From a virus (taxonomy: Duplodnaviria > Caudoviricetes): a DNA stretch of 45,064 nt. The notes below the pieces were generated by a model. It made no database searches. It had not been told where the DNA came from and saw nothing but the letters and a program-made list of their open reading frames with translations. How positions within the stretch are numbered: the stretch's first letter is position 1; each line of letters opens with the position of its first letter. The position numbers were made by a program, and so were the translations under genes. Of this stretch, positions 27,140 to 38,100 are shown piece by piece. Location: the IMG/VR virus record IMGVR_UViG_3300030207_005124, positions 1-45,064 of that record; one strand, given 5' to 3'.

Positions 27140-28123
27140 ATGGCGCGCAATACGTTCGGCTGGGATTTGATGGCGGCACTTGCTCCGCAGGAAGATTTTG
27201 CCACCCTCGCGGCGGAGGACACTTACACGGCCGTGCCGCTTTACACGCATGGCTTGTCGCGCAACAAGGGGCTCGAAGACGATCCCGTGATTGGCGAGCG
27301 ACTCTCTCGCGCGCCGCATGAGCAGGCTGAAGGTCTGATCGATCATGGCGGCCAGTGGGTCTGTCCCTTCGATCTCGGCAATATCGGCCTCTATTTGCGC
27401 GGGTTGCTCGGGGTGCCGACCACAACGGACAATGACCCGAACTACACGCATGTCTTCAAGCCCGGCAGCGGAGAGCTTATCCCGCATACACTGGAGCTCA
27501 GACAGGCGGCTGACCGTTTTCTTCAGCATCGCGGAATCGTCGTCGACGGCCTCTCGATCTCCCTCGCCCGGGAGGGCGGCTACAAGCGGCTCACCCTTGA
27601 TCTCAAGGGTGCCGACGAACTGAAGCTCGCCGCCTCGGCGGCGGGCGTGATCGGTGACGCTATCACCATCGACAAGGTACCGGGTTTTCGCGGCACCATT
27701 TCCAAGGACGGTGTCGAGATGGCGAGTATCACATCGGCCAATCTGAATTTCTCCAACAATGTGACGCCGGACGAGGCGCCGGGCGATGCAGCCGTGAAGG
27801 GTTACGATCCTGGCGTGCCGACCTGCACATTGAGCGCCACGGCCCGCCAGACCGCGGCCGGTCATGCACTTTACGATCTCGCCAATGCCGGCACGCGCTT
27901 CGAACTGAAACTCGCCTGGACCCTTTCGGCGGTGCGTTCGCTGACCTTCACCATCGGCAATTTCGTCTTCGCGCCTTCTTCGGCACCGATCAACGGCCCG
28001 GCCGGTCAGCAATATCAGTTCGAGGGGAAGGCGGAACCCGACGACGAAGAAGCCGATAATGCCTTCTTCGTCGCGACTCTGAAGAACCAGATCGCCTCCT
28101 ATGCACTGCCGGAGTGGGCGTAG
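27140..28123 (+). CDS. Major tail tube protein
   Basis: 327 aa, YTHVFKPG, APINGPAG, ATLKNQIASY; CAGGAG RBS. Confidence 0.82.
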   Translation: MARNTFGWDLMAALAPQEDFATLAAEDTYTAVPLYTHGLSRNKGLEDDPVIGERLSRAPHEQAEGLIDHGGQWVCPFDLGNIGLYLRGLLGVPTTTDNDPNYTHVFKPGSGELIPHTLELRQAADRFLQHRGIVVDGLSISLAREGGYKRLTLDLKGADELKLAASAAGVIGDAITIDKVPGFRGTISKDGVEMASITSANLNFSNNVTPDEAPGDAAVKGYDPGVPTCTLSATARQTAAGHALYDLANAGTRFELKLAWTLSAVRSLTFTIGNFVFAPSSAPINGPAGQQYQFEGKAEPDDEEADNAFFVATLKNQIASYALPEWA

Positions 28124-28191
28124 CTTTTTCAACGCCCGGTCGCGGACTTGCGCTCGCGCCCTTGCTTGTGGCCGCACCTCGGAGATTGTTT

Positions 28192-28623
28192 ATGGGCTTA
28201 AGACTGAATACCAAGACGGAGCCTTACTGGCTGGAACTCGACTATGGCGTGGCGCACAAGGTGCGGCCGCTTTCCTCCGCAATGACGGCCTCGATCAGGG
28301 CCAAGGCCGACCGTCTGGCGAAATCCATGCTCGAGGCGGACGAGGCCGAGCGGCTCGCCGGGCTGATCGACGATGAAGATCTCACCGAAAAAGAGATAGT
28401 CGACGGGCTCTCTGAAATGTATTTCGCGATCCTGCTCGCCCAGGCCGCGACGATTGAATGGCGCGGCTGGTTTGACGGTAAAGATGAGAGCGGTAGAGAC
28501 AAACCCGTGCCGCTCTCGGATGAAGCACTGGCTGCCGCCATGCGTCAGCCCTTCATGGCGCGTCTTTTTCTTGGCAAATATTTCATGCCTTATGGCGAGG
28601 TCATCGAAGAGGGAAACGGATAA
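28192..28623 (+). CDS. Tail assembly chaperone (gpG-like)
   Basis: Between tube and tape measure; ends with slippery G-GGA-AAC. Confidence 0.8.
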   Translation: MGLRLNTKTEPYWLELDYGVAHKVRPLSSAMTASIRAKADRLAKSMLEADEAERLAGLIDDEDLTEKEIVDGLSEMYFAILLAQAATIEWRGWFDGKDESGRDKPVPLSDEALAAAMRQPFMARLFLGKYFMPYGEVIEEGNG

Positions 28624-28961
28624 GCGCCGTCGCCGAATGGCACTATGGCGGCGGCGCTCAATATTGCGGGGGGTGCCGCCAGCTCGAAGGCAAAGCCTGC
28701 ACTGACTGCCCTTATCTCGCAAAAGCACCTCACACTGTCGAGGCCCGCACGGCCCTCGACATTCTCCTTTCCGGCGCCGTCTGGGTCCGCGCCGGCATGA
28801 GCGGCGTCGAGACGGGCCTCGACCTCACGGCAGCCATGGCGCGTGTGCCCGCCGACATCGACGCGCGCACCGTGCGCCAACTTCTTCTGGATGCCGAGCC
28901 AAGGGCGCTCGCTGCTATGGCGCAAAGACGTGAGGAGCTGGAGAGCCATGGCAAAGCATGA
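28611..28961 (+). CDS. -1 frameshift extension of the tail chaperone (gpGT-like)
   Basis: Open -1 frame from GGGAAAC (28611-28617): RISAVAEWHYGGGAQYCGGC..CTDCPY...GMSGVETGLDL...SHGKA-stop; not in the ORF track. Confidence 0.8.
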   Translation, partial: GKRISAVAEWHYGGGAQYCGGCRQLEGKACTDCPYLAKAPHTVEARTALDILLSGAVWVRAGMSGVETGLDLTAAMARVPADIDARTVRQLLLDAEPRALAAMAQRREELESHGKA

Positions 28962-31125
28962 TGTCACGATCCGGCTCTCGACGGAAAATCGCGAGCAACT
29001 CATCCGCGACTTGCGCTCGGTCGGTGGCGAGGGCGAAAAAATGGCCCGCCAGATCGAGCGGTCGGGTCAGCCCGCCTCGCGCGGACTGCTGGCCGTCAAC
29101 GCCGCCTCGCGGGAGGCGCAAGGCAGCATGCAGGGAGCCGCCTCCCGCGCAGGCATTTTCGGCAGCGCTCTCTCCGCGCTCGGGCCTGCGGGGCTTGCGG
29201 CGGGCGCAGGGCTTGGGGCAATCGCACTTGGCGCGGCACGGGCCTTTCAGATCGCGCGCGAGGGGATGGACTTCGCGGACGAAATCGACACCGCGACGAA
29301 GCGGCTGGGGATCGGCGTCGAGGTTCTGCAGGAATATCGCGCGGCGCTTCAGGTGGCGGGCGATGCCGGTGCGAACTTCGACGATGGCGCGCGAACATTG
29401 CTGGAACGCATGGGCGAAACCGCGCGCGGCACTGGCGAAGGCGTGAAGATCTTCGAGAGGCTCGGCATCCAGATTCGCAAGAGCAGCGGCGAGATGAAAT
29501 CGCTTGAAGACATCCTCCCGGAAATTGCGGATGGCATGGCTTCGGTAGGTTCCGAAGCCGAGCGCGCGGACATCGCCAACAAGCTCTTTGGCGGGCAGGG
29601 GCAGAATTTCGTGGCTCTGCTCAATCAAGGCTCGGATGCACTTGCCCGTCAGCGCGAGGAAATGCGCGAAATGGGCATCGTTATGGACGAGCAGGTGGTC
29701 AAGCGCTATGCCGAGGCCTCAGACAAATCGGAGATACTCACAAAGGCAATTGATGTCCAGTTGAAGTCGGCTTTCGTCGATCTGGCACCTACAATCGTCT
29801 CGACGCTCGACCTTTTCGCGAAGATTGCGAAGGCAATCAACGCCATTACGGATTCGGTCACGGATCTGGAAAACAAGACGACCGACAATCTGGCTGCCGA
29901 ATTGGATCGGATGGTTCAGCGAAAGGGAGTGCTTCTCCGCGACCTCGACGTCGGTACACCTCGCCAGCAGGCCGCACGGCGTCGAGAGCTGGAAGAATTG
30001 GACGCGGATATTCCAACGGCACAGGCGCTTCTGAAGGATCGAGAACGGCGCGAGAACCTCGGTAAACCACTCGGTGAGGGAAATCCGCCGCTCAGCGACG
30101 AAGCCATCTCAAATGCGCAGAAGGACGCCGATGTTCTCGCCCGGCTGGCACGTCAGATCGAAACCTTCGGCGATGCCCGTCAGCAGGCGATAGACAATGC
30201 ACTGGGCCGGTTGTCGAAGGACGCGTCGCCGGCCGCGCGTGCCGAGGTGGAACGTCTCGCGGGGACGATTTTCGATGCGACGGCAAACCAGAAGGAGTTG
30301 AACGAAGCCGTCCAAGAGGAAATCCGGCTTCGGAACGAAGGCAAAGCCGTCACGGCGGCGGTCGCGACCGACGAAGAGAAGTTGGCGGCTCGCAAGGCTG
30401 AGCTGAAGAACCTGCTCGGTGGGGCTGCGATCAGCCTCGAGACGTACAACCGGGCTCTGGCACAAGCCGGTGAACAATATGATCCGGTGATGCGGGCCAC
30501 AAAGGAGCTCTCCGGCGAGATTGCGGGCCTCGTGACCCAGAACCTCGCCGCCGCGCGCAGCTTCGACGATCTGGCCGATATTGCCGATCAGGCATTGACC
30601 CGCATTCTCGCGAAGATGCTGGAGGTAACAGTTTACGAGCCGATCGAAGGGGCTGCGTCCAGCGCAATCACAAGCCTTGTCTCAGGCCTTTTTCACGGTG
30701 GCGGCATGGCGGGCGAGGGGGGGATGAGCCGGCATGTTCCGGCCGCCGCCTTTGCCTTTGCGCCGCGGTTTCATACCGGCAAATCGCCCTTTTTCGGTGC
30801 CGGCGAGATGCCGGCCATCATCCAGAAGGGCGAGGGCATCTTCACGCCACGCCAGATGAACAATGCCGACCAGCTCTTCCGGGCGATGGCCGGCATGGCA
30901 ACCTCGAGCAGCAGTCCGCGCATAAATCTCAACCTCTACATGCTGCCCGGCGAGCGGGCTGAGACACGCGAGCGGCGCAATGCCGATGGTAGCGTCGATT
31001 TCGATGTAATCATGCGGCAGGTGGATCAGCACCTCGCGGGACAGATCGCGGAAGGCCGCTCGGAAACTGGGCGCTCGCTGGAATCGAAATACGGTCTCGA
31101 CAGTTCAAGGGGGCTTCAAAGGTGA
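28948..31125 (+). CDS. Tape measure protein
   Basis: 725 aa helical Ala-rich protein; C-terminal FHGGG..APRFHTG..EMPAIIQKGEGIFTP. Confidence 0.9.
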   Translation: MAKHDVTIRLSTENREQLIRDLRSVGGEGEKMARQIERSGQPASRGLLAVNAASREAQGSMQGAASRAGIFGSALSALGPAGLAAGAGLGAIALGAARAFQIAREGMDFADEIDTATKRLGIGVEVLQEYRAALQVAGDAGANFDDGARTLLERMGETARGTGEGVKIFERLGIQIRKSSGEMKSLEDILPEIADGMASVGSEAERADIANKLFGGQGQNFVALLNQGSDALARQREEMREMGIVMDEQVVKRYAEASDKSEILTKAIDVQLKSAFVDLAPTIVSTLDLFAKIAKAINAITDSVTDLENKTTDNLAAELDRMVQRKGVLLRDLDVGTPRQQAARRRELEELDADIPTAQALLKDRERRENLGKPLGEGNPPLSDEAISNAQKDADVLARLARQIETFGDARQQAIDNALGRLSKDASPAARAEVERLAGTIFDATANQKELNEAVQEEIRLRNEGKAVTAAVATDEEKLAARKAELKNLLGGAAISLETYNRALAQAGEQYDPVMRATKELSGEIAGLVTQNLAAARSFDDLADIADQALTRILAKMLEVTVYEPIEGAASSAITSLVSGLFHGGGMAGEGGMSRHVPAAAFAFAPRFHTGKSPFFGAGEMPAIIQKGEGIFTPRQMNNADQLFRAMAGMATSSSSPRINLNLYMLPGERAETRERRNADGSVDFDVIMRQVDQHLAGQIAEGRSETGRSLESKYGLDSSRGLQR

Positions 31126-31205
31126 GGCGGCGTTGCCTTTTCATCTTTGGGTGCGCCCGGTCAGGGACGCGGCTCCTGAGCTCGCGCATGGTTGGAGTTT
31201 GATGC

Positions 31206-32108
31206 ATGACGCTGCCTGTCTGGCCTGCGGCCTTCCCGAAAACCGCGCAGCGGGACGGCTATCGCGGTACCGCTCATCAGCCGCATCGGCGCACGGAGAT
31301 GGACAAGGGCAATGCGCGGCTTCGAGCGCGGTCACTCGGGTCACCTGCGGAAATAGAACTGAAATGGCGTTTCGCCGGCTCGCGGGCGAACGACTTCAAG
31401 CTCTTCTATGAAAACGATCTCGCGCGCGGAACGAGGTGGTTCACGGTACCGCTCTGGTTCGGCGGGGAACATCGTGCCGTTCCCGCGCAGTTCATGGACC
31501 GTTTCACGATCACGCCGCGCGCGGCAAGCGCCGTCACGATAAGCACGCGCCTGTGCGTTCGCCGAATGCCATACGATGCGCTGGAAGAAGGCGAACTCGA
31601 CACATTCTTCGATCCGCAAGGCCGCCCCGTCTGGCCGGAAAGCCTGCCGGAAGGTCCTCTGCGCACAGGAATCGATATCGACCCGCACAGGCCGGTGCTG
31701 ATGACAGAGCTGGAGGAAGGGCCGAAGACGAAGCGGGACCTCTTCGGGCCTTCGCCCGCCGCGCAGCTGGTTCAGTGGTCGATGAGCCCTGCGCAATTCG
31801 AAACCTTCAAGGCCTTTTATGTCGAGGGCCTGGTCTGGGGCACGCGCTGGTTCATGGCGCCGCTCTGGTTTGGCCGGTCCCTTGACCGGGTTCCGGTCCG
31901 TTTTCGCGAACCCTTCGCTTTCGAACCGCGTTTTGCCGCGCGCGTTCTGGTGACGGCGACAGTGGAAGCGCGGCGCCTGCCGGTGATTCCGCCCGGCGTG
32001 CAGGCGCTTCTCGCGATGATGGGCGCGGCCGGGCTCTCGTCTCTTTCCGGCGGCATTCACGATTTCGTGCATGAGACATGGCCGGACGACTTCGGCAGCG
32101 AGGAATAG
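31206..32108 (+). CDS. Distal-tail-like protein with an internally duplicated domain
   Basis: Two copies of PVWP...TE..G...FK.FY...L..GTRWF..PLWFG. Confidence 0.75.
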   Translation: MTLPVWPAAFPKTAQRDGYRGTAHQPHRRTEMDKGNARLRARSLGSPAEIELKWRFAGSRANDFKLFYENDLARGTRWFTVPLWFGGEHRAVPAQFMDRFTITPRAASAVTISTRLCVRRMPYDALEEGELDTFFDPQGRPVWPESLPEGPLRTGIDIDPHRPVLMTELEEGPKTKRDLFGPSPAAQLVQWSMSPAQFETFKAFYVEGLVWGTRWFMAPLWFGRSLDRVPVRFREPFAFEPRFAARVLVTATVEARRLPVIPPGVQALLAMMGAAGLSSLSGGIHDFVHETWPDDFGSEE

Positions 32109-32114
32109 AAGAGC

Positions 32115-33914
32115 ATGGCACTGACGGAAGCACAGGCGGCGGCGCTGGTAGACGGGTTGGAGGATGATGCCGCGACATTGCATGCGATCGTGCATGGTCC
32201 CGAGGATGAAACGGTGCCGACCGATAATGGTGATGTGCCAACGGCCGCCAAGGTGATGGCCGATACGGCGGATGCGATCGAGCAACTGGGCGAGGATCAG
32301 ATCGCCGACTATCTCGCCAATGCAGAGAATGAAATCACGATGGCGCTGGCCGCCGCCGAAGCCGCCCGCGACAAGGCGGAAGCCTGGGCGGAACAGGACG
32401 AAGACACCGAAGTAGAGGCGGGTCAGTATTCGGCGAAGCATCACGCGACAAAGGCGGAAGCCTGGGCGGAACAGGACGAAGACACCGAAGTAGAGGCGGG
32501 TCAGTATTCGGCGAAGCATCACGCGACAAAGGCGGAAGCCTCTGCCGCTGCAGCCGCCGCGACGGTTTCGGGCCTGGCCAATGTGCTCACATTCAAGGGC
32601 GGATGGGATGCTTCGACGGCGGCCTATCCGGCCGATCCGGATGTCGGCGACCTCTGGACGGTGACGGTTGCCGGCACGATCGCCGCCACGGAATGGCGCA
32701 CCGGCGACGAGATGATCTGGTCGCCTGCGGCGGCGTGGATACAGGTCGGCTACGATCTGACCGGCGCGGAAATTTCCACGCTGCTGGAGGGAAACTTCAG
32801 CGATACCGCGCATGGCAACCGCGGCGGCGGCGCGCTGCACGCAAATGCGACCGGCGCGGCGGCGGGCTTCATGTCCGCGTCCGACAAGAGCTATCTCGAC
32901 GGCTTGCCGTCAGCGCTGGATGGAAAAGCTGCTTCCGCTCATGGTCACACCATCGCTGACGTAACCGGCCTCCAGACAGGGCTCAATGAAAAGGCGGACA
33001 AGACGGCGCTTCCGGTATCTGCGCCGCAGGGCCGGCTGACGCTGGCAAGCGGCGTGCCGGTAATGGCAACGGATGTGGCGGGCGCGACGACGATTTACTA
33101 CACGCCCTATCTCGGCAATCGCGTGCCGCTTTACGATGGCACTGGTTTCGTCATGACGGCAATTGACGAACTGTCACAGACGCTGGCGGACACGACGAAG
33201 AGCCCCGCCGCCGCCGCCGCCAACACGAATTACGATCTCTTTTTGTGGAGCGACGGCGGCACGCCGCGCCTCTCGCGCGGGCCCGCCTGGTCAAGTGCGA
33301 CGGCGCGCGGCACGGGCGCTGGCACCAGCGAGCTTGAGCGGGTCGCCGGGCTTTTGCTCAACAAGTTCGCGATCGCGAATGGCCCGGCTGCGCAACGTGG
33401 CACCTATGTCGGCACAATCCGGACCAATGCGACGCCCGCCGTCCCCTTCACCATCGCCCCGGCGGCTGCAAGCGGTGGCACAAATAACCAGCTTTATTGC
33501 TGGAACGCCTATAACCGCCGCAGCGTCGTGGCGCTCTGTCGCGACGTCGTAACTGAAAGCTGGAACTACACAACAGCGGTATGGCGGGCATCGAGGGGTT
33601 CCGCCGCAAACCGCGTGAGCTTCATCGCCGGGCTTGCGGAAGGATCGATGTTAGCGCAGAGCATCGGCCGCTCTTCAAGCTCAAGCGCCAGCGTCATCCG
33701 CTTCGGCGGCTTCGCCTATGATTCCACGATCCCGGACTCTACTACACCGTTTATAGCCCATACCCAGGGTGCCGACATCCTTATCAGTTTCCAGGGGATG
33801 CACGCACGTGCGGTCGACATTGGCCATCACTTCATCTCGATGTCCGAATACTCGGAGGCCACAGGTACGAGCACATGGTACGGCTCGATCATGACGCTCG
33901 ATATTGAGATGTAG
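32115..33914 (+). CDS. Tail fiber / receptor-binding protein
   Basis: N-terminal VHGPEDETVPTDNGDVPT, FKGGWDAS, HGHTIADVTGLQ, QGRLTLASGVPV modules. Confidence 0.8.
   Translation: MALTEAQAAALVDGLEDDAATLHAIVHGPEDETVPTDNGDVPTAAKVMADTADAIEQLGEDQIADYLANAENEITMALAAAEAARDKAEAWAEQDEDTEVEAGQYSAKHHATKAEAWAEQDEDTEVEAGQYSAKHHATKAEASAAAAAATVSGLANVLTFKGGWDASTAAYPADPDVGDLWTVTVAGTIAATEWRTGDEMIWSPAAAWIQVGYDLTGAEISTLLEGNFSDTAHGNRGGGALHANATGAAAGFMSASDKSYLDGLPSALDGKAASAHGHTIADVTGLQTGLNEKADKTALPVSAPQGRLTLASGVPVMATDVAGATTIYYTPYLGNRVPLYDGTGFVMTAIDELSQTLADTTKSPAAAAANTNYDLFLWSDGGTPRLSRGPAWSSATARGTGAGTSELERVAGLLLNKFAIANGPAAQRGTYVGTIRTNATPAVPFTIAPAAASGGTNNQLYCWNAYNRRSVVALCRDVVTESWNYTTAVWRASRGSAANRVSFIAGLAEGSMLAQSIGRSSSSSASVIRFGGFAYDSTIPDSTTPFIAHTQGADILISFQGMHARAVDIGHHFISMSEYSEATGTSTWYGSIMTLDIEM
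32373..32541 (+). repeat. Perfect 78-bp tandem duplication in the fiber gene
   Basis: Unit starts at 32373 and 32451, partial copy at 32529; encodes KAEAWAEQDEDTEVEAGQYSAKHHAT. Confidence 0.92.
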
Positions 33915-33975
33915 TGGGCGGAACCCGACGACGAAGAGGCCCTCCGCGAAGCCTACTTATCTTCCAGGTGAATGC

Positions 33976-34551
33976 ATGAGCGATATATGGACGGAAGCGC
34001 TGGAGGAAGCTTATGCCTCCGTTCCATCGGGTGTGATTGCCTGGGATACACTGGAATTGCGGCACCCGATGCTCGACCGCACCTATCGCTTCGTGCTCGA
34101 CGAAGGTGAGAAGATCGGCGAGACGGAGGCCGACGAGTACGGCACCACGCAGGACATTTATGGCCGCGTGTTGCGGCTTGAAGATGATGCGCCGGAAAAT
34201 GCCGGGGAACTCGCCGACTTTATTGCAACAGCTTTCGAGGTACGGCTCCCGGCATCGGAGGCTGACCGGCCACCTGAGATGAGCATCGTCCTCGACAATG
34301 TGCCGGGCGATCTCATGAAAGCGATGGGACCGGCGGCGGCGAGCGGGGAGGCGGTGGATCTGACCTATCGCGAATATCTCTCCGACGATCCGGACACGGT
34401 TCACTACCGCCTGACAGGTCTTTCTCTCCGCAAGGTCGGCGTGACGACGTTACGGATCGAAGGGAAGATTACCTTCATGGGCCTGCATTCGAGGAGCTTC
34501 CCCGGTGCCTTTTACAATGCAAGCGACAACCCCTCGGCCGGCCGTGCCTGA
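33976..34551 (+). CDS. Tail tip protein (DUF1833 / gpL-like)
   Basis: ALEEAYAS..TLELRHP..LDNV..LTYREYLSDD. Confidence 0.8.
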   Translation: MSDIWTEALEEAYASVPSGVIAWDTLELRHPMLDRTYRFVLDEGEKIGETEADEYGTTQDIYGRVLRLEDDAPENAGELADFIATAFEVRLPASEADRPPEMSIVLDNVPGDLMKAMGPAAASGEAVDLTYREYLSDDPDTVHYRLTGLSLRKVGVTTLRIEGKITFMGLHSRSFPGAFYNASDNPSAGRA

Positions 34552-35038
34552 GATCGTCATGCCCGTAAGCTTGCCCGCGCTGACGGGCAATCCGAAGGCG
34601 GACGCGGCCGCGCTCTGCGACAGCCTCATGCTAAGGCGGCTGCGCTGGCGTCTCGGCGCATGCGGACCCGACGCATTCGATTGCTGGTCAAGCATGGTTC
34701 TTTTGCAGAAGCATCTTTTCGGTCGCGACGTGGCAATGGTCAGGATTGCCGAGGGCGTCCCGCGCGCGGCGCTGGCCGAAGCCTTCGCAACGTTTGAGCC
34801 GGCAATCCTGCAATGGCGCTCGCGCGAACGCGGCGAAGAACCACGACATGGGGACGGCGTTCTCATGTCGCACAAGGATGCGCCGCATCATTGTGGTGTC
34901 TGGCTGGATCTGGATCGGGGTGTCGTCGCACATATGGCGGAGCATGGCGGCTTCTCTGTCGATGACCGTCAGGCCCTTCGCCTGACCGGCTACACGCATC
35001 TGCGGTTCTTTGAATGGCGCGCGGTCGCGGATGTATGA
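34544..35038 (+). CDS. NlpC/P60 tail-associated protein (gpK-like)
   Basis: GPDAFDCWS, HHCGVW, VAH catalytic pattern. Confidence 0.85.
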   Translation: MPEIVMPVSLPALTGNPKADAAALCDSLMLRRLRWRLGACGPDAFDCWSSMVLLQKHLFGRDVAMVRIAEGVPRAALAEAFATFEPAILQWRSRERGEEPRHGDGVLMSHKDAPHHCGVWLDLDRGVVAHMAEHGGFSVDDRQALRLTGYTHLRFFEWRAVADV

Positions 35039-35110
35039 GCGCGTTCGGTCCGGGAATCTCGCTCCGGACCTCACTTGGCCGCTCGTGACCTTGCTTGTGA
35101 ATGAGGCCTC

Positions 35111-38100
35111 ATGAAGTATCGCTTTGACAGTACTGCCCGTGCGGCTTCGCAGGCAGTGAGGCCGCGCCGCGCACGCCGTGCACCGGCCCGTGCTATGCGC
35201 ATTCGCACGCCTTTTGCGCTTGAGTCGGTCGAAGCGCTGGAGGTGCGGCGGGCCGATACGATCCGCACTCTTGCTGCCCGGCAGCGCTTTCGCGGGCCGG
35301 TGATTGCCGTCGTGAATGGCGAGCCGGTGCTCCGCAAGAACCGGGGCTGGTCGCGGCGTATTCGCCGCGGCGACACCATCGCCTTTGCCGAGCAGCCTGC
35401 TGGCGGTGAAGGCAGCAAGAATATTTTTCGCACCGTTCTCAACATCGCGATCGTCGTCGCGGCCACTTCCTTCCTTGGCCCGGCTGGTCTCGGCCTGACA
35501 GGCGTCGCGCTTGCCGGCGGCGTTCTTGCGGTGCAAGTGGCGTCCGGTTACCTGCTCAATGCGCTCATGCCGCCGGAGGCATCAGGCGGAATGGGTTTCC
35601 GTGGCGGAGAAACCGCATCGCCAACCTACAATCTCGGCACCTCGCAAAACCGCGCGCGCCTGAACCAGGTGCGCCCGCGCCAGTATGGACGGCATCTGAT
35701 TGTGCCGGATCTCGATACTGCTCCTTATGCCGAATATGCCGGTAACGACCAGTATCTCTATCAGGTGTTGAATTGCGGGCTCGGCGCTTACGCGACGCAC
35801 GCCGTGCGCCTCGCGGAAACCGATCTCTGGACGGAAACGGATGGCGATACCGGCAATTTCGATGATGTGACGCTGGAGTTCCTCGCACCTGGCCAGCCGG
35901 TGACGCTGTTCCCGACCGGCGTCATCGCGGCGGCAGAAGTCAATGGTATTGCCCTTCCGGGAACGAATGAGGACGGGGCGGGCTGGTCCGGCCCTTTTGT
36001 TTGTAATCCGGCCGGGACCGAAGCGAAGTTTCTGGCTTTCGATTTCGAGTGGCAGCAGGGCGCAGGGCGTTACACGGATTCAGGGGGACTCGTGTCCGTC
36101 ACGACCCGGCTCCGTCTTGAGGTGCGGGAGATCGACGATGCGGGCGATCCGGCTGGTGACTGGGAACTGCTGAAGGAAACCGACTACGTCTTCTCGACCC
36201 TCACACCGCAGCGGCTCTCGGAGCGGTTTCCGGTTGCGAGCGGCCGCTACGAGGTGCGCGTCCAGCGTGTGAACGATGCCGCCGCCGTTACCGACGACAA
36301 GGCACGCGATGCCGTGAGCTGGACGGGGCTGCGCGCCTATCTGACGGGCGAGACCGGCTCGCTGGATTGTACCCGCATCGCCGTGCGGATGCGGGCGAGC
36401 GGCCAGCTTTCGGGCCTGTCCTCGCGCCTCTTCCGCGTGTTGCAGACGGCGAAGCTGCCGGTCTATCAGGGCCGCGACGAAGCGGGTGAACCGCAATGGA
36501 GCGGACCGCAGGAAACGCGCAGCATCTTCGCGGCGGCGGCCGATATCGCGCGTAACGGCGAATATGGCGGTGGGCTGCCGGATGCTTGTATCGATCTCGA
36601 CAAGCTGGCATCGCTGGAGGCGACCTGGGAAGCGCGAGGCGATACATTCGATGGCGTCTTCGACACGAAAACGAGCTGCTGGGCAGCGCTTCAGGATGTA
36701 TTGCGCGCCGGCCGCGCGGAGCCGCAGATGGCGGGCGACGTGCTGACGGTGCAGCGCGACGAACCGCGCAGCGTCACAAGCGCCGTCTTTTCGCCGGAGA
36801 ACATCGCGGCGGGCAGCTTCGGTATCGACTATGTGTTTGCCGATCCCGATACACCCGATGCTGTCATTGTGGAATTCTGGAACGAGGATATCTGGGGTCC
36901 GGATGAGGTGCTGGCAAATCTGCCGGGCTCGACCGCCGAGAACCCGGCACGCATATCGCTCTTCGGGGTCACCGATCGCGCGCGCGCCTGGCGCTATGGC
37001 ATGTATCTCGCCGCCTGCAACCGATATCGCCGCACCTTCCCCTATCTTGCAAGCGGCCTCGAAGGCCGGCTCTTGTCGCGCGGCAAGAAAGTGCTGATCT
37101 CTCATCCGCTGCCGGAGTGGGGCGCCTCCGTCGAAGTTGTCTCTTACACAGCGAACTCGCGGCTCCTCCGCGTCGAGGACAAGGTCAGGCTCGGCGAGGG
37201 GCAGAACTGGATCACCCTGCGCAATCGCAAGGGTAAACCGTGGGGACCGTGCCGCGTCGAGGCCGGGCCGTCGCCAAAGCAGCTCGTGCTGCACGAGGAC
37301 GATATTGCCTCGCTCGGCAGCCCGGCGAGCTTCGTCGTCATGGACGAGACCCGCGAGCGCACGGTTGCAGTAGTTGGCGAGGCGGGCGGCGACGCTGATC
37401 AGGCGGACGGCCCGTTGGCTTGTCTTGTCGTGACTTCGGCGCCCGCCGCCGGCGAGCGGGTCACGCTGGCCTTCAACAATGACGACCCTCGCGTCTACAC
37501 GGCGGACGAGGGCGAACCGCCCGCCGCGAACGACAATCCGGCCCCGCCCTCCATTCCGGCAAGGCCTGTCCTGCAACCGATCGTCGTCTCCCAGAATATC
37601 GGCACGGTCTATGCGCCGCGCCTTGCCTATAGCGCGCGCCCGGCCGCCAGCGCGACGGACTATCTCTGGTCGCTTTCCTACGATCACATCACCTGGACGG
37701 CGATCAAGGAAGGCGGCGAAGGAACAAGCGGCGAAATCGATGTGCGCCCGACAACAGTCTGGATCGCCTGCACGGTCATCGGGCCGGGCGGCCGGGACCG
37801 CAAGGAAGCCTTCCGTGATCTGACGGTGACGGAGGCCGCACCCGGCGAAGTTACCGGGCTGTCGCCACACCCGCTCGCCGAGCAGGTCATGCTTGATTTT
37901 GCGCTGCCAAGGGCGAATGGCGGCACGGAAGAGGGATTGCGAGGCGTGCTGGCCCGATATTCCGCTTCGTCCGGCTTCGACCCTGCAGACGGGGAGGCGC
38001 TGGACGACACCGTCTTCACCGTGCGGCACGAGCCTGCGGTGACCCGCCTCCTCGTGCCGCTGATCGCCTCGCCGACCTATATCCGCGTTGCCGCTTACAA

